NCBI GenBank assembly: GCA_964016885.1
Contig: OZ024740.1
Location: 192,448,001-192,512,000, forward strand
DNA: 64,000 bases
Direction of reading: 5' to 3'
From: Eledone cirrhosa
Lineage: Eukaryota
The position numbers and the translations under genes are program-made. Positions 45,402-61,481 of the stretch are shown one piece after another; position 1 is the stretch's first letter; each line of letters begins with the position of its first letter. The notes under the pieces are model-generated. The model was not told where the DNA came from and did no database searches. It worked only from the letters and a program-made list of their open reading frames with translations.

Positions 45402-47265
45402 GATAGCAACTAACAACAATGCGATCGAATGTGGCTTTTTAGCCCAGCCAATGATCTAAAATGTCTTGCACAGAGTCGGCAACCAAAACATTCACTGGGA
45501 ATAGTCGGCTGTGGTTGGAGTTCATGTACTTTTGCATGTCGCTTGAGCCCTCCTGCTGATTTACATTCTCTACCACATGTTTGGGAAGCATGATGAGTAG
45601 CATCTCCAACAGCAGCCTGGTAGTAAACCACTGGTCTTACTTTATGACTGCGAAGATGACTTTGGAGTCCAGCTTTGCTTAGGCAGAGTCTCGCACAGAC
45701 GCTGCATGTAAGCACCATAGGAGGACTCTCGCCGTCTGGAAGTGCAACAGCAATGCCCTTCCTCACATCCCACTTTACTTTCTCGTATGCGATTCGAGAT
45801 GCCCCAAAGGCAACATTTCCCTCATATACAGTCTTTCTCCATGTATTACGGTCAGCAGCAATATTTTCCCATGTATCAGCAGAGGTGTTACCGTCTTTCA
45901 AAGAAGGCTTTCAAGGAATCCTTATACCTCTTTTTTGGTTTATGAGGCGGTCGTTTTCCTTTAACCACTCTCCATAAAAGAGTTGTTTTGGTATTCTACA
46001 ATCCTTCATCCTGGCAAGGTGACCACTCCAACGGAGTCGTTGCTTAAGCACAAGAGCTTCTATACTGTCACACATAGAGCTTTCCAAAATATCGACATCG
46101 TGATGTGGTCCCTCCAGTGAACGCCATGGATCCCTCTGAGACACATCTGATGGAAACGCTCCAATTGGTTAAGGTGGTGTCGATATGTGACCCAGGTCTC
46201 GCAGGCATAAAGAAGACAAGAGTGCACACATGCCTTGTACACCTTTACCTTTGTCCTCCTGCATATGTCTCGCCGACCCCAGAGTCGCATTTCTAACTTT
46301 CCGAAAGCATCACTTGCTTTCCTAATCCTAAGTGAGATTTCACTGTCAAGGTTGCTGTATCGATTGACAGTGCTTCCCAGGTAGACAAACTGATCAACCA
46401 CTCCAAGTCGTTTACCATACACATAGATATTTGGTTCATGTACTGCTTACCAGGGGCAGGTTGGTACATGACGACGGTTTTCTTGAGACTGACAGTCAAT
46501 CCTAGGGCAGTGCAAGCGTCAGAATATGCATTCAAAATGTGCTGCATATCACTCTCTGTTTACGCTACAAGATCGCAATCATCTGCATACAAGAGGTCTC
46601 TTATGATTGATGTAAATACTTTTGTCTTTGCAGCAAAGCGCCTGATGTTAAATAAGCTGCCTGAGGTTCGATATCGGATGTAAACACCATGCTCGCAATT
46701 CCTGAATGCAATACAGAAAACCATTGCAAAGTATATAGCAAACAGGGTCGGTGCTGGAATATCCCCCTGTTTCACTCCATGTTTTACTGAGATAGGCTCC
46801 GACATGTTACCTCCGACATTAACCGAAGCCTTCATGTCGTCATGGAAAGATCTAACTAAAGCAAGGAACTTATAAGGGCAACCAAGTTTCTGGAGAACCT
46901 TCCATAATGCATCTCTGTTAACAGTATCGAAAGCTTTTGACAGATCGAGAAAAAACCTGATACAGATCCAAGCCTTGTTCCATGCACTTCTCCAGGAGCT
47001 GTCTAGCTGAGAAGATCATATCAGTAGTGCCGCGTCCAACACGAAAACCAGATTGACATTCAGGGAGAACACAATCTGCAATGTATGTCAGCAGACGGTC
47101 CAGAAGCACCCCACATAAAACTTTCCCTACGACAGAAAGCAATGATATACCTCTGTAGTTCCCACAATCATTCCTGTTACCCTTTCCCTTGTACAAGACC
47201 ACCATTACTGCATCTCTCCAGTCCTCAGGTACGGATTCATTAGCACATATCCTGCCAAACTAAGA
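45402..47265 (-). mobile_element. 5'-truncated RTE (BovB-like) LINE, frameshifted
   Basis: [55 protein letters not shown]; C-terminal C2H2 fingers. Confidence 0.93.
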
Positions 47266-47281
47266 GTGTATATACATACAT

Positions 47282-47323
<42 letters not shown>

Positions 47324-49034
47324 GGCAGTCTAACATGAATATTAAATATATATGCTGGTTATTATATTGTGTGATGTTTTATGATATTAAGTTGCGTGTA
47401 TAAATTGCATGAGTGTATATTCGTGATACATAGAACTCAAAGAATCATACAGATTTTAACTCGGCACAATGATCAAACACATAAGATTGAACCTGAAAAT
47501 TAAAATTTGTTGAATGAAAACAAAAAATATATTATTGATGACGAAAAAACAAAAAAAATATACATATTTCAAATCTTGATGAAAAGAGGGATTTAGTCTT
47601 AGTGAAAGGAAATATTATATATCAATAAAAGAGAACTAACATAAGTTCAAAATCAAAAGAAAGTATTTTCAAAGAATGGTGCACTAGAGGATATATATTT
47701 GGATATTTTGGGTTTCTTAACCATTTAGATTAAGCTCCATAAACCAGGTATTGACATTTGAAACCGCATTATTTAGAGATATTGGAATAATTTTGAGTTT
47801 GTTGAGATCTAGTATTTGTAAATTTTATTAAACATGAATGTCTCTTTCATCTATTAACGTTGAAATTGCCATAAGATTACTATCATTCTACATGTAATTG
47901 CAACGTTCACATGGACATAAAGAAACATATTTTTTTCTGCTCGATAGTATTTATTATAAATCAATTGGGTAAATCAATAGGTTAATTCTCTGATGACTGA
48001 GGCCCTGACTGATCATATTCATTTCGTCACGTTTTTAACATGCCTCTATGGACAGACTTCATAAAGTGGAAATGATTTAAGAACACGAACACTATACCAG
48101 TGAAAAGGAGCTACTACCAAAATACATCACGTAAACTACCTTGAGTTTATAGTGTTGGTAACGAAAACACTTGGGTTCTCTATTCAAGTATAGATAAGAA
48201 AAGTTTGGAAACTATCCATTGTAGTCCAGGTATATTTTGCCATAGATGTTACCTCTCGCAAATTATGGATCAAATAATTTCTAATATATACTGAAAAGCT
48301 ACATTTGATACGCCGCATTATTATTATTATTATTTTTTATTTAATATAAAATTTAAGAATATTGAGTTTCTATTTCAGAGGAATATAAAATATGCGTTAT
48401 ATTGCAAGCATTTTCAATTTTCAAACAATATTTTGCCGGAAATCTGTAGATGGGTTTTTATTAGTATACCAGTATTATTAACATCTTACCTGGTTTTGAG
48501 AGAGAAATCACGAGTGCAGTCTGATATTATACACCATATGTATATAGTCAGCTATGTATGAGATATTCACGACAAAATAAACAATATATATGCAAATTAG
48601 TCGCTATAGAAAATAATAAAGCCATTAAAGATGCAACTGAAATCATGAAATTATGCTATGTAATAACGGGAAAATTACATTTCAATTAAAACATTGTATA
48701 AATCGCAATTTATTTGTGAATTAAGAGTAAAAGCTAAAGAAATCTGACAATTATATTAGAATTATGTTTTCTTCCTTTCATGGTTGACAGATATCATATA
48801 TTTTACTTCGGAATTTACAGATACAGAATATAATACGCCTATTGTGTTTGTTCCATCATTGTTATTTCTTTACTCATCCTACACTAATCTGATATACATT
48901 AATTATTGTGTTGCACAAACATCCGAACTCAATTACACACGCATACATATATACAGGCACATACACACAAAACAAACACATAAACAGACACACAAATACA
49001 CACACACACACACAAATACACACACACACGCGCG

Positions 49035-49073
<39 letters not shown>

Positions 49074-49091
49074 ACAGAGGCACACACACAC

Positions 49092-49537
49092 ATCGTTTTT
49101 TAATTTGTTTTGCAAGATTTCTTATCTGAAAACGTGTGTTGAAAACAGATATTGTTATTCTTTGGGAGTGTCATGCTGCCAATAAAAACACACGCACCAG
49201 CGGTTTTCACTTAAATGTATAATAAATTTCCGGTTGGCTGGTTCGATAACTGGATAGTTGTTTATATATTGTCAAAGCTGTTTCGTCACACATTATGTGG
49301 CCTCCTCAGTGACTACTTTTTTATGTTGTATCTCTCCTTTTTTCTGTCCTACACTATCTTGTTTTTGTGTGTTGTATGTTGTGTGTTTAGTTTGTGCATG
49401 CGTTACATCCGGGTGTGTGTGTGTTTAATTATTTATGTGTTTATTTACTTGTCACTAGTTGCTTCTTCTATCTGAAGTGAAAACCAACGCGTGTGTGATT
49501 TTTTATTGGCAGAACAAACCTCCCAAAGTATAACAAT
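49092..49537. mobile_element. Non-autonomous fold-back derivative of the 4.1-6.6 kb PLE pLTR
   Basis: Homologous to 4085-4500; inverted end at 49475-49537; degenerate HHR at 49271-49313(-). Confidence 0.8.
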
Positions 49538-49679
49538 AAATATATATTTATTTAAAACATACAATGATTAGTTTAATAACCGGATGGTATTTGTTGTGTG
49601 TTTACATTCCGTGACTACCTCAATGACTCATTTTTTTATGTTTGGCTATTTTGTGTTCTGTCCTACACCATCTCGCTTT

Positions 49680-51000
49680 GGGAGTTTACAAATTAGTCAA
49701 TGAGGGAGTCGCGAAAAGGAGTGGGTCGAATAGGTCCGCTTTTAGGACAACTGTGGCAGGGGTGATTTGTTTCTTGGCAGCCATAAGTGCGCTGGTTGTC
49801 CCACAAGACAAATATGTGAGATGGTACAAACGAGGAAACGTCTTAGACATATCCCTAAGACGTTGTCCTGCCTAACGCTGTTGTAGGGGTCTATGAATAG
49901 TCTGGCCACCTCAAATCACACATAATTCTGAATCCGAGCTAGACAGATCTGAATATTGACAAATACGTTCAGGTAGTCAACGACTAGTCAACAACGAATA
50001 TTGACAAATACGTTCATCTGGATATTGTCAAATACGTTCAGGTAGTCAACGACTGACATGCAGGCATCCCGCTGAAATACATTGACCATTACAATGGGCA
50101 GTATCATTCTTCTTCAACTTCGTCAAATTGGTTGAGTAGAGAAGATCGGAGGTGTGGCAATAGAGTTCGGCACGTAGAATCCTCTTGGTGAGAGCAGTAA
50201 TGGATCAGAATATCTGTGCTGCCACTTCAGCAGTGTGGCGAGATTAGGTCTCTCGGGTAGCCGGGTCACAGGCCACCCACTCCGCCGCTGCTGTTCCTTG
50301 TGAAGAATCTCGGGGATGCACTCATATACTCGTCGGACGCGCCCAGTCTAAGTTACATTCTCACAGATCTCAACAGGACTATGTGTTGTGTTGGCGTTGG
50401 GGAAGGAAAAAGTTGATTGGTGAGAGACGGTCGGGGGAAGTGTTGTTCCTCCGAGCCTCGAAGATAAGGATTAGGCGTAGCCATCCCACGTCATCGGGAT
50501 CCCAATTTTTAGTTGCGCAAAACAGAAATGTCTGTTCGAGTCTGTAGGGCTGTTGGTGCTGTGTATCTCCTTGATAGACGAGTTAGCACTCCGTCTATGA
50601 AATTGCGAGAAGTCCTTAGGGTCATGCTGATGAATCTTCGCTATTTTCTAAGGTGGGAGTTCGTTAAAAAGACGTTCTAAAAATAAAGCGAATTTTTGAC
50701 CTTATTCTGTCATGACTCTGTGTACACACATGCCTGTTGTGTTGAGTAGGTAAGCATCACGAACATTGAAAACGGTGTACGGATTCAGGGATTCCGACGC
50801 GCTTCGGGTGCGTTATATGCAAGAAACGTAGAAGAAATTGTTACATTCGGGACCCTTTTTCCTATCTTCCGTGTATTACTTGTCGCACACGGGTGATAAT
50901 ACTAAACTTTCTGTGGCATGAGTGGCCGAAAGGAGCCTTGGACATGTCCTGTCTGGAATGAGTGAAGTGTCAGAATTTAGAGAGTAAGTAAAGTTGATGG
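49680..51000 (-). pseudogene. Highly decayed CRE-clade-like non-LTR retrotransposon
   Basis: Minus strand: DPYNSVRQDNVLGICL..FPRLYHL...KQITPATVVLKADLFDPLLFA (resembles NAFNSVRRD..GVQQGDPLGPLLF); RVYECIP; Cys-rich remnant upstream. Confidence 0.5.
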
Positions 51001-51399
51001 GAGAGCTGCTACACGCATGGTTAGAAAGCCGAGGGAAGAGAATAAATGGTGAGGTAAAAGGGGTCATGTATAAAATGGTCATGAATGAACAAAGAGCTGG
51101 CTAATTGTATGCAAGTCTATTGTAGCTGTGAACAGCCCTAAATCTTGCGTTGAAATAGTGATTGCTCATTATGTTCAAACTAAAGTGGTTAAAGTCTTCA
51201 ATTGAAAAATAGTCTCCCGAAAATGTTAGAATCATTTTGACACGATTGAAGCCTTCTCAAATGCAGTACATCATGTGTTGAAATAACGACTTTATTATTA
51301 TATTTTTAAAAGTTAATTTGAAATATTGGTCCTTTTGGTTGCGATCAATACACACAGACACACACACAGATAGAAAAACACACACACACACACACCTAT

Positions 51400-51455
<56 letters not shown>

Positions 51456-51551
51456 ATAATAATAAATTTGAAGACTAAAATCCAAAGCGGGCTCGATAAG
51501 GATAAATATATATCAAATATATAAGAACCGTAGAGCAAAAATATATATATA

Positions 51552-51817
51552 TCCCAAGAGTCAGCTCAAAAGTAACACAGAGGAGACTGAGGTTAGCTGG
51601 ACATGCTCACCGAAATCCAGAGTTGACATTGCACTCAGTACTCATTTGGGAGCCCCTACATGGACACACTAGAAGAGGAAGAGCAAGATTAACGTATGTT
51701 GATGCCCTAAGGACAGACATTGGTCTGTTGGAGCCGCAGGAATTGGCAGCGATAATGAGGGACAGAGACCGCTGGAGAGAACTCGTCCATGGATCTCGGG
51801 AATTTTACCCGCCTTAG
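51552..51817 (+). mobile_element. RTE-type LINE 3' fragment
   Basis: RRLRLAGHAHR..LIWEPLHGHTRRGRARLTYVDAL..MRDRDRWRELV*. Confidence 0.85.
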
Positions 51818-52300
51818 AGATATATATATATATATAAATTAAAATAACAGATTAAAGTATAAGCAAAGAATCGAGCCCTCTTTGGATTTTAGTCTTCAAA
51901 TTTATTATTATTACTATATATATATATATAAATACATAGCTATATATATTTAGTTCAACGTTGCGACAGCTAAAATATTTATCCGGTTGCTGTTGTTAAA
52001 TATTTGTATATTTTGCAATGACGTTCTTGAGAAAATCAAATCCATATATTAAGTGGTTGCGATACTTCATTGCATGATAGAAATATATCATGTTATCGAG
52101 TGTTTATTTTTAGCTAGTATCAGCAGTTAAATTATCATAGAAAACAGAAGCTGCTATATGCTACTTATGGTCTAAAAAGTATAATGTCTATATTATGGAT
52201 TTCTATTCAATATGATGCCATTCATCATAATTATGAAAAAATATGTTTATAAAATATCACCACATCTATCGACGGAAACTGTGTTCCACATAAGTATGAG

Positions 52301-52402
<102 letters not shown>

Positions 52403-52634
52403 GGTGAGAGGGAGAAATAACGGCAGAGAGAGAAAGAGAGACAGATAGTGAGAGGTGTAAAATCCCGACCGCGCCGGCAACCAGTTTCGGCTTGTGTTTA
52501 CACACAAGCCGAGACTGTTTAGCTTCGCAGTGGGATCTTGAGAGGTCTCTGCACCCACTCTGTACCCACTCAACATCACCCCATGTATTGAGTGTTCATG
52601 TCATCGGTGGGCTCCTCGTTTCCAGCACCACACA

Positions 52635-52710
<76 letters not shown>

Positions 52711-52776
52711 CTCTCTGTCTCTCTCTCTATCTATTTATCTCTATATATATAATATATAAACTTATATACATATATA

Positions 52777-52997
52777 CTACCAAGCCCGTCCGGCTGGCGC
52801 CCGGCTAGGTATATCTGGTCCGAGCACTCCACTGCAAAGATACCAGACACCCTTCTGTGTCACATTGTCCTTTCAGCTTCGTAGCAAAGGGGAGGAACTA
52901 CCGTAGAAATGAGTTTAAAAAGAAAGAGTTAAGCTGTGTGTTAATATACATACATACATACATACATATATACGACCGTCAGCTTTAAAAGTATAGA
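52777..52997 (-). mobile_element. Non-autonomous Helitron-like element
   Basis: Minus strand A|TC start, (ATGT)n tract, GC-rich subterminal hairpin, GTAG|T end. Confidence 0.55.
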
Positions 52998-53469
52998 TAT
53001 TTATGTGTCTTTGTGTGTTTGTGTATGTGTGTGTGTGCATGTGTGTGTATGTGTGTTTTGTTTTATGTTATCCGGCAATTGGCGAAATCAGGTGTGAAAG
53101 TATGTGTATTTGTGTATGTGTGTGTGCCTGTGTGTGTATGTGTGTGTATGTGTGTGTGTGTGTTACTTATGTGAGCGACGACAGATGAAAGATATAGCAC
53201 GGAAATGAACGTTATTTTTCAATCACCGCTACATTTGATTATACACATTGTTTATTTGCAAATTATTTTTATGCCGATACTTGATTTAACGTCATTGGAG
53301 TCGGTCAGTTGCTGGCTCCCCTCTCTCTCTATATATCTCTCTCTCGCTCTCTCTCTCTCTCTGAATAACTAACACTTTAATTGTATCTTTCTCTCTGTCT
53401 AACGGCATATATCTCTCTTTCCCCTCCCTCTGTTTTTCTGTCTCTCTCTGTAGATGTGTGTAGTTTTCC

Positions 53470-53510
<41 letters not shown>

Positions 53511-53511
53511 C

Positions 53512-53564
<53 letters not shown>

Positions 53565-53799
53565 CATCATCGCTAAGTGTATATATTGAAGGCAGGTACG
53601 GAAACTAAAACAGTGTTGTCATATAGAGAGTGAAGAGCAACAGAGAGAGTAAAGCATTTAAATTATAGAGAGAGGGAATGTTCTATTATAGAGAGAGAGA
53701 GGGAAGAGCGACGGAGAGAGTAAAGCTAAGAAACTATAGGTATGTGTGTATGATACATATATACATAATACACACAACGCTCAGCTTTATAATATTATA

Positions 53800-54356
<557 letters not shown>

Positions 54357-54402
54357 TAAAATAACAGATTAAAGTTTTAGTCTTCAAATTTATTATTATT
54401 AC

Positions 54403-54437
<35 letters not shown>

Positions 54438-55732
54438 TCGTAAAGGATAAAGAGATATAAAACAAAAAACGAATACAGAACATGTAAGAAATATATCAGT
54501 TTAACTCTTGAAATAGCAGGAAGAGTGTCTTACGGTTTGGGACACTTGTGCTTCCTCAGTATATAGAGTTATAATTAAAGTAATGAGTGCTAAGAGGGAG
54601 GAATGGGAAAAATGAGAAAAAAAAGGGGGGGGGTTATGTTATATGGAATATATTATACTGTTATATTTGAAAATCTAAATATAGTCAAGTAACGAGTTCA
54701 TAGTTAGAAAGAGCAGATACGCCTAACTTAAATCGCACCCTGGCATCTTAAACAAGGACTGGTACACTGCGTACTGAAAATCTCAAAAGGAAACAAGCGT
54801 GTTCCTAAAAGGGTTGTATACGAAAACGTATCCGATGTCTTTATATGCAATAAACATATAAAGACACGTGCTATGAATGTAACGGATGAATAATTCTCCT
54901 TATGAGAGATTAACAAATCTTCAAAGAGCTGTCTTATGTTGTGACAGGGTCCTGAGAGTTTTGTCACATGTATATGCATTTATTATGCATTTATTATGGC
55001 TAAGTACTGAGTCTCATCACTGTGGAGTTTCTGGACACTAAAGATATTTAACGGAGTCCTATCAGTTTCATGTATTCAAAACCGGCCTCTGCTTTGAAGA
55101 TGTTCTCCCCTTCCTTGCAGTCCTTGAAAAGGGTCATGGTTACTGCTCTATACGTGAGTAAGCAATAAAAAGTATTCCATATGCGTTCGAGAACATAAGA
55201 AATATATTTGTCATTATTTCTGCTGACCTATCCTCAGGCTCTGTATTAATTATATATAAATGTTATTACAAAGGAATACAATGTAATTTTAATAGACTTA
55301 TTAAAATGTATTATTCATAAGAATGTTTTTATATAAAAGTGATTACAAAATAAATTGTTCCTATTCCTCTTGAGAATGAAATTATGTTTTCTACAAAAGC
55401 ATCCAGTTATTATTTAGCAGGTGTACAGCAATGCAGAGACTTAATAATCTAAATGGTTCTTCATTTCAGCCAGCTGCTATATTATTTTGAATTTCACGGT
55501 GTACAGAAAGATTTATAAAGCGAAGTGTTCTGTCTGAAATATAAGTATCCAATTTATAATGCAGGTGCAAATGTATATACATATATATATATATATTAAG
55601 ACAGCGGGGAAGAAAAAATGGCTTCACTTGTGCTTTCAACAAATTTATTTTCTTCACAAAATCCAAAAATAATTTTTTTTAAAAAAAGTATATATATAAA
55701 TACATACATAAATACACACACACACTCACATA

Positions 55733-55816
<84 letters not shown>

Positions 55817-56439
55817 GAATATAAAATGAAAGTACTTTTATAAAGGAATTTATGAGGTATTGACATATGTTTCTGTAACAGACGGAATACCTATGTATCG
55901 CTGCTTGCGTAATCATATAATATTAGCAAGTATTCGATAGCAAATGTGTAATCAGTTGTCACTTCTTCAGAGATATTGGATAAATTGGATAAAATCAGAA
56001 ACATCAAAGTATTTATATTAGTTGTAAGAAAGGAAGAAGAGAAGGGATTGTATATGACAGATGGCAATTCAATTTGCTGGTAAACAGGTATATACAAGGT
56101 TTTTAATGAGAATACAATGAGTATATGGTTATTTTATCTAAATAAGAATTTTTGGGAGTGCCTATTTTAATCTTTATTTGACCAGTTGAACAATGGACAG
56201 GGCCGGTCGTTTGGTGTAGTAGTATTAATACAGATATAAAGTGTCAAGTAAGGAAGAGAGAGATTTTCACTGCTACTGTATAACAACAATGCTGGTAGCC
56301 TGCTGGTATATGCATTAGGGAATTGAATTAAGTAATCTCATTTCATCTATAGCAGTTTATATTAAATGGTAAAGAATAGAAGAGTTGATAGAATTGAGAC
56401 TAATAGAGAATGTTAATATGTATTTTGACAATCAAACGG

Positions 56440-57700
56440 ATTTAGAGATAGGTGTTCAATCCTGGTAGCGTTTGTAATATAAAAATGTAGATTTCAAGCG
56501 ATGGTTACTGTATAACGATCGCTCTATTCTGTTATTTAATAAAATATTTTTGGATTTCATAATACAAAATATTTCCATATTACACAATTTACAAAATTAC
56601 TGTCCTTGGGTTGATGCAGGGCTCTCAATTTTATATCCCAGTTTATGTTAAATTGTTGGTTATTTTCGCGCAGCTGCCAAGCCTTGTCTGCGAGTGTTGT
56701 TACATAACGCTGGTTTTCATGTTTTATCGAGTAACAATGGCTATAAAGGCGAGATTTGAAGGAGGTAGCTGTAGACGCCACATAGTACCACTTCTGGCTA
56801 CCCGATTCGATAGTACATTTGTATATGTTGTTGCGTTTAAGACAATCATTGTTCAACGGACACATTCCTGTTTGGACACAGTTACAGTTATAATTATGCG
56901 TTGTTGTATTACCATGGATGGGTTGATGAGGTTGCTTAGGCAGGATGGGATGTTGTTTGTTGTTTTGTGATGTTATAGCCGATGTTTTACGTGTATTGTT
57001 ATGTGTTGGAAGGCGTTTATACAACCGTTTTGCGTTAAGCTTTTTTATATGTTGTTCAATATTAGGGGCGGTTGAATATGAAAGTCGAATAGTGTTAGGG
57101 TTTAAGATGTTATTATATTTATGTGATGTTGGAAAGTGTTATTTAACTAATCGAAAGAATTGTGAGGGTAGATTTGTTTTAATAGAGTTGTTATAGACCC
57201 GGTTGTACAATATATACTCTTTACGTCGCCTTCTGTTTGGTGGTGTGCGACTATTAGTGTGTCTATTGCGGTAGTGTATGGATGGTGGTGATTCTATGCT
57301 ATTTCTACCTCTATGAGATTTATTTTAGCTCTTTTGGTGATTGTCGACTATATATTATCTAGGTGTCCAGCCTTCCTAAGTGCATCATCATAATATTCAG
57401 CATGTTCTTTGAAGGTTTGCTGGTTGTACGACAGGCGGGAGATTCTAAGGGAAATATTTCTAGGGATGGATTTAATTATAGAGGGTGGATGGTTAGAACA
57501 CGTATCTACATATTTAAGGTTCTCATTTAATTTATGGAACGGTTTAATCGTTTCTGTATTGAGATTCAAAGTAACATCAATGAAATTAACCTCTTTGCGG
57601 TTATATTCAAACGTACTATTTAATCCTAGTTCGTTAAAAAGTGTTCTAATATTTTTACGCATCCTTTCTACATTCTGGTTATTCATATGCTTAAATAATA
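56440..57700 (-). mobile_element. Decayed Naiad-type PLE (RT thumb plus GIY-YIG)
   Basis: VNFIDVTLNL, SNHPPSII, CNCVQTGMCPLNNDCL, IYKC..YYVAST..FKSRLYSH. Confidence 0.88.
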
Positions 57701-58654
57701 GGAGCCTTGTAGACTGTGGGTGATATAAATATATATATATATATATAGTATTAGTTATACTATTTATGGTTATGTAAACACAAAACCTTAAGCAGTTGTA
57801 AGTATTTTACACACACCTTAAGATGGGTTAATCCACCTTAATAATAATATGATCACCTTCAGCATAATTTAGTTAAACTACTCTATAGTTAGTACACTTT
57901 ATGCTTTAAAAGTCTCTCTTGGAGGGTGCACCTCACCATAGAATTTAGGGTCCATATTGGGACACATTTTAATGGCTAGATATAGAAACCCCAGAGTTAC
58001 CTCCCCGCATGCATTAACTCCCCTTAGCCACACACACACTTCCGGTATTCAATGGCGTCTCTCGAAACGTAACAACCTCCTGTATCGAACTAAAGAACAC
58101 CAGACTACGATCTCTAACTGGATTGTCGTGGATTATGTGAAAGGCATATAATCGAAATATACACTCCCTTGATCATGAAAATGCCGAAGTACATGAATTA
58201 CTTGACATCCCTGCGTTGTGCATCTCCAATACTTATAACACTTTTAATGCTTGCACTATCTTTAATGCTTATAATATTTCTCCACACACAGACTACATCA
58301 ATCATATAAAGACTTTGCCACCAGATCTACCAACCTAACACTCTTATTTACCTACCTAAGTGCCTCTACCACACATATCTCTCTGCCACACTATATAAAC
58401 AAGACGCACATGCGTGCCACACATATAACATTTGCACTATATAACCACTTATCTTCATGTTGTACTTTAACCTATATCTTTGATTTTTGATTGTACCTAT
58501 TAATATAAATGTAATCTCGAAGTGTGTACTGCCACTCTAAATTTTGTAATGAATGTTGACCCACAATGTTTGAATATGTATCAATGTTTGAATATGTATT
58601 GGTATGTCCCTCGGCTGAAAAGGAGGTCATATAACTGTCCATGCATTAATAAAT

Positions 58655-58701
58655 TGCTCCGAAGAATCCAAACCTCGGTTTGGAGGAAACAGCTGTAAGC
58701 A
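58655..58701 (+). ncRNA. Hammerhead with CCGAAGA (U4C) core and intact stems
   Basis: TGCT CCGAAGA A TCCAAACC TC GGTTTGGA G GAAA CAGCTG TA AGCA. Confidence 0.75.
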
Positions 58702-58732
58702 CAATAATGTTTTGAACAGTTCTTTGATTCTT

Positions 58733-59905
<1,173 letters not shown>

Positions 59906-60350
59906 TTTCTGGAAACACATTTTCTGAGATGAATAGTTAGAGAGCTAAGTTGCATTCTGGCAAAACATTTCCTAAAATGTAAAGGATGGATATGCCTCGG
60001 TAACTTCTGCAAACGTTTTGATCTCCCTTCAGTGTGAAGTTTAGTAGCCTTCGTCTTAAAGACTGACCACCATTTTGGATGATCTTCAAAAGAATTCTGC
60101 CAGGTTATATCTTTCAAGTCATCGTTTTGATAACATTACTGATTTCAGGAAGTAATGGAGATTTCGACATCTATGGTGGACAGAGTGTATTGAGGTACAG
60201 TTCCAAAACAATCTTCTGTTGCTTTGGTGTTTTTTTTTAGAAAAGTGATCAAGTGTTCCTTCACGTGAGTCAGGACGCTTTAGCAGTATTTGGAGACCGT
60301 TGGCGTTGACGGAACATTGGTGAAGCCTTCTAGATTATATATATATTTAT

Positions 60351-60388
<38 letters not shown>

Positions 60389-60396
<8 letters not shown>

Positions 60397-60747
60397 GTGA
60401 GGTTTTTTTTACAAAATGAAAAATAACCGAGGTGTCCTACACGAGTGAAAGTATAAAGAAAAAGAGATGAAATCGAAAATGCAACTGGAGTCTTATTTTT
60501 TTTTTAAATATATATATTTATTTGGTTCCTTTACCGGTTTCGTAGTTCTTCTGCTTTTCAAAATGTGAGTTGAGATGGAGGGTTTGTGGTTTTTCTCACA
60601 TCTGATGTGAGAAAAACCACAGACCCTCCATCTCAACTCACCTTTTGAAAAGCAGAAGAACAGCGAAACCGGTAAAGGAACCAAATAAATATATATATTT
60701 TTTAAAAAAATAAGACACAAGTTGCATTTTCGATTTCATCTCTTTTT

Positions 60748-60755
<8 letters not shown>
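60389..60755. repeat. Second copy of the UUGAAAA-hammerhead fold-back element
   Basis: Matches 6588-6935; HHRs at 60528-60565(-) and 60641-60678(+). Confidence 0.9.
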
Positions 60756-60781
<26 letters not shown>

Positions 60782-61335
60782 GTGTGTGTGTGTGTATATA
60801 TATATGGGGCATATTGCTTTTATACATGTAAATATATATAAAGAAATCAAGATGCTCACAGTCCAAAAGACGTCTGTATATATTATACTCACCCTTCTAG
60901 AAACAGTTGCCAAATATCCATGAAATCAAACCATACCCTTTTAAATGAAATATAAATAATGGTGTATTAGATATGTGATGCATAACGTCTAACCATCGTC
61001 CAGTTGATGACAGTTCAATATGCGGTCACAAGCTCACGTTTTCACCCACTGTTCTAATTAACTTAGAACAGAAATATAGACAGATATTTAGAACAATCAA
61101 TCAATTAATAATATCAACATATTGTGTGTAGAGTTAGTGGAAATATAAAACTATAACTGTGGCTCAGGTGGAAATCTATACATTTTACCAAATGTTATCG
61201 AATCGCAGATAAATAAGGCTATAAGCTTAGATTCTGTATTAAATACAGCATAAGTTCCTTTAACAGTATTTAAATTAGTTGCATCCATCTAGCTGCTTGA
61301 ACAAATACCAATAGTCTACCACGTAATGGTTATAT

Positions 61336-61481
<146 letters not shown>

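Noticed and set aside
54728-54979. 83-aa minus-strand ORF in unique sequence
   Set aside because: No recognisable motif or convincing splice context
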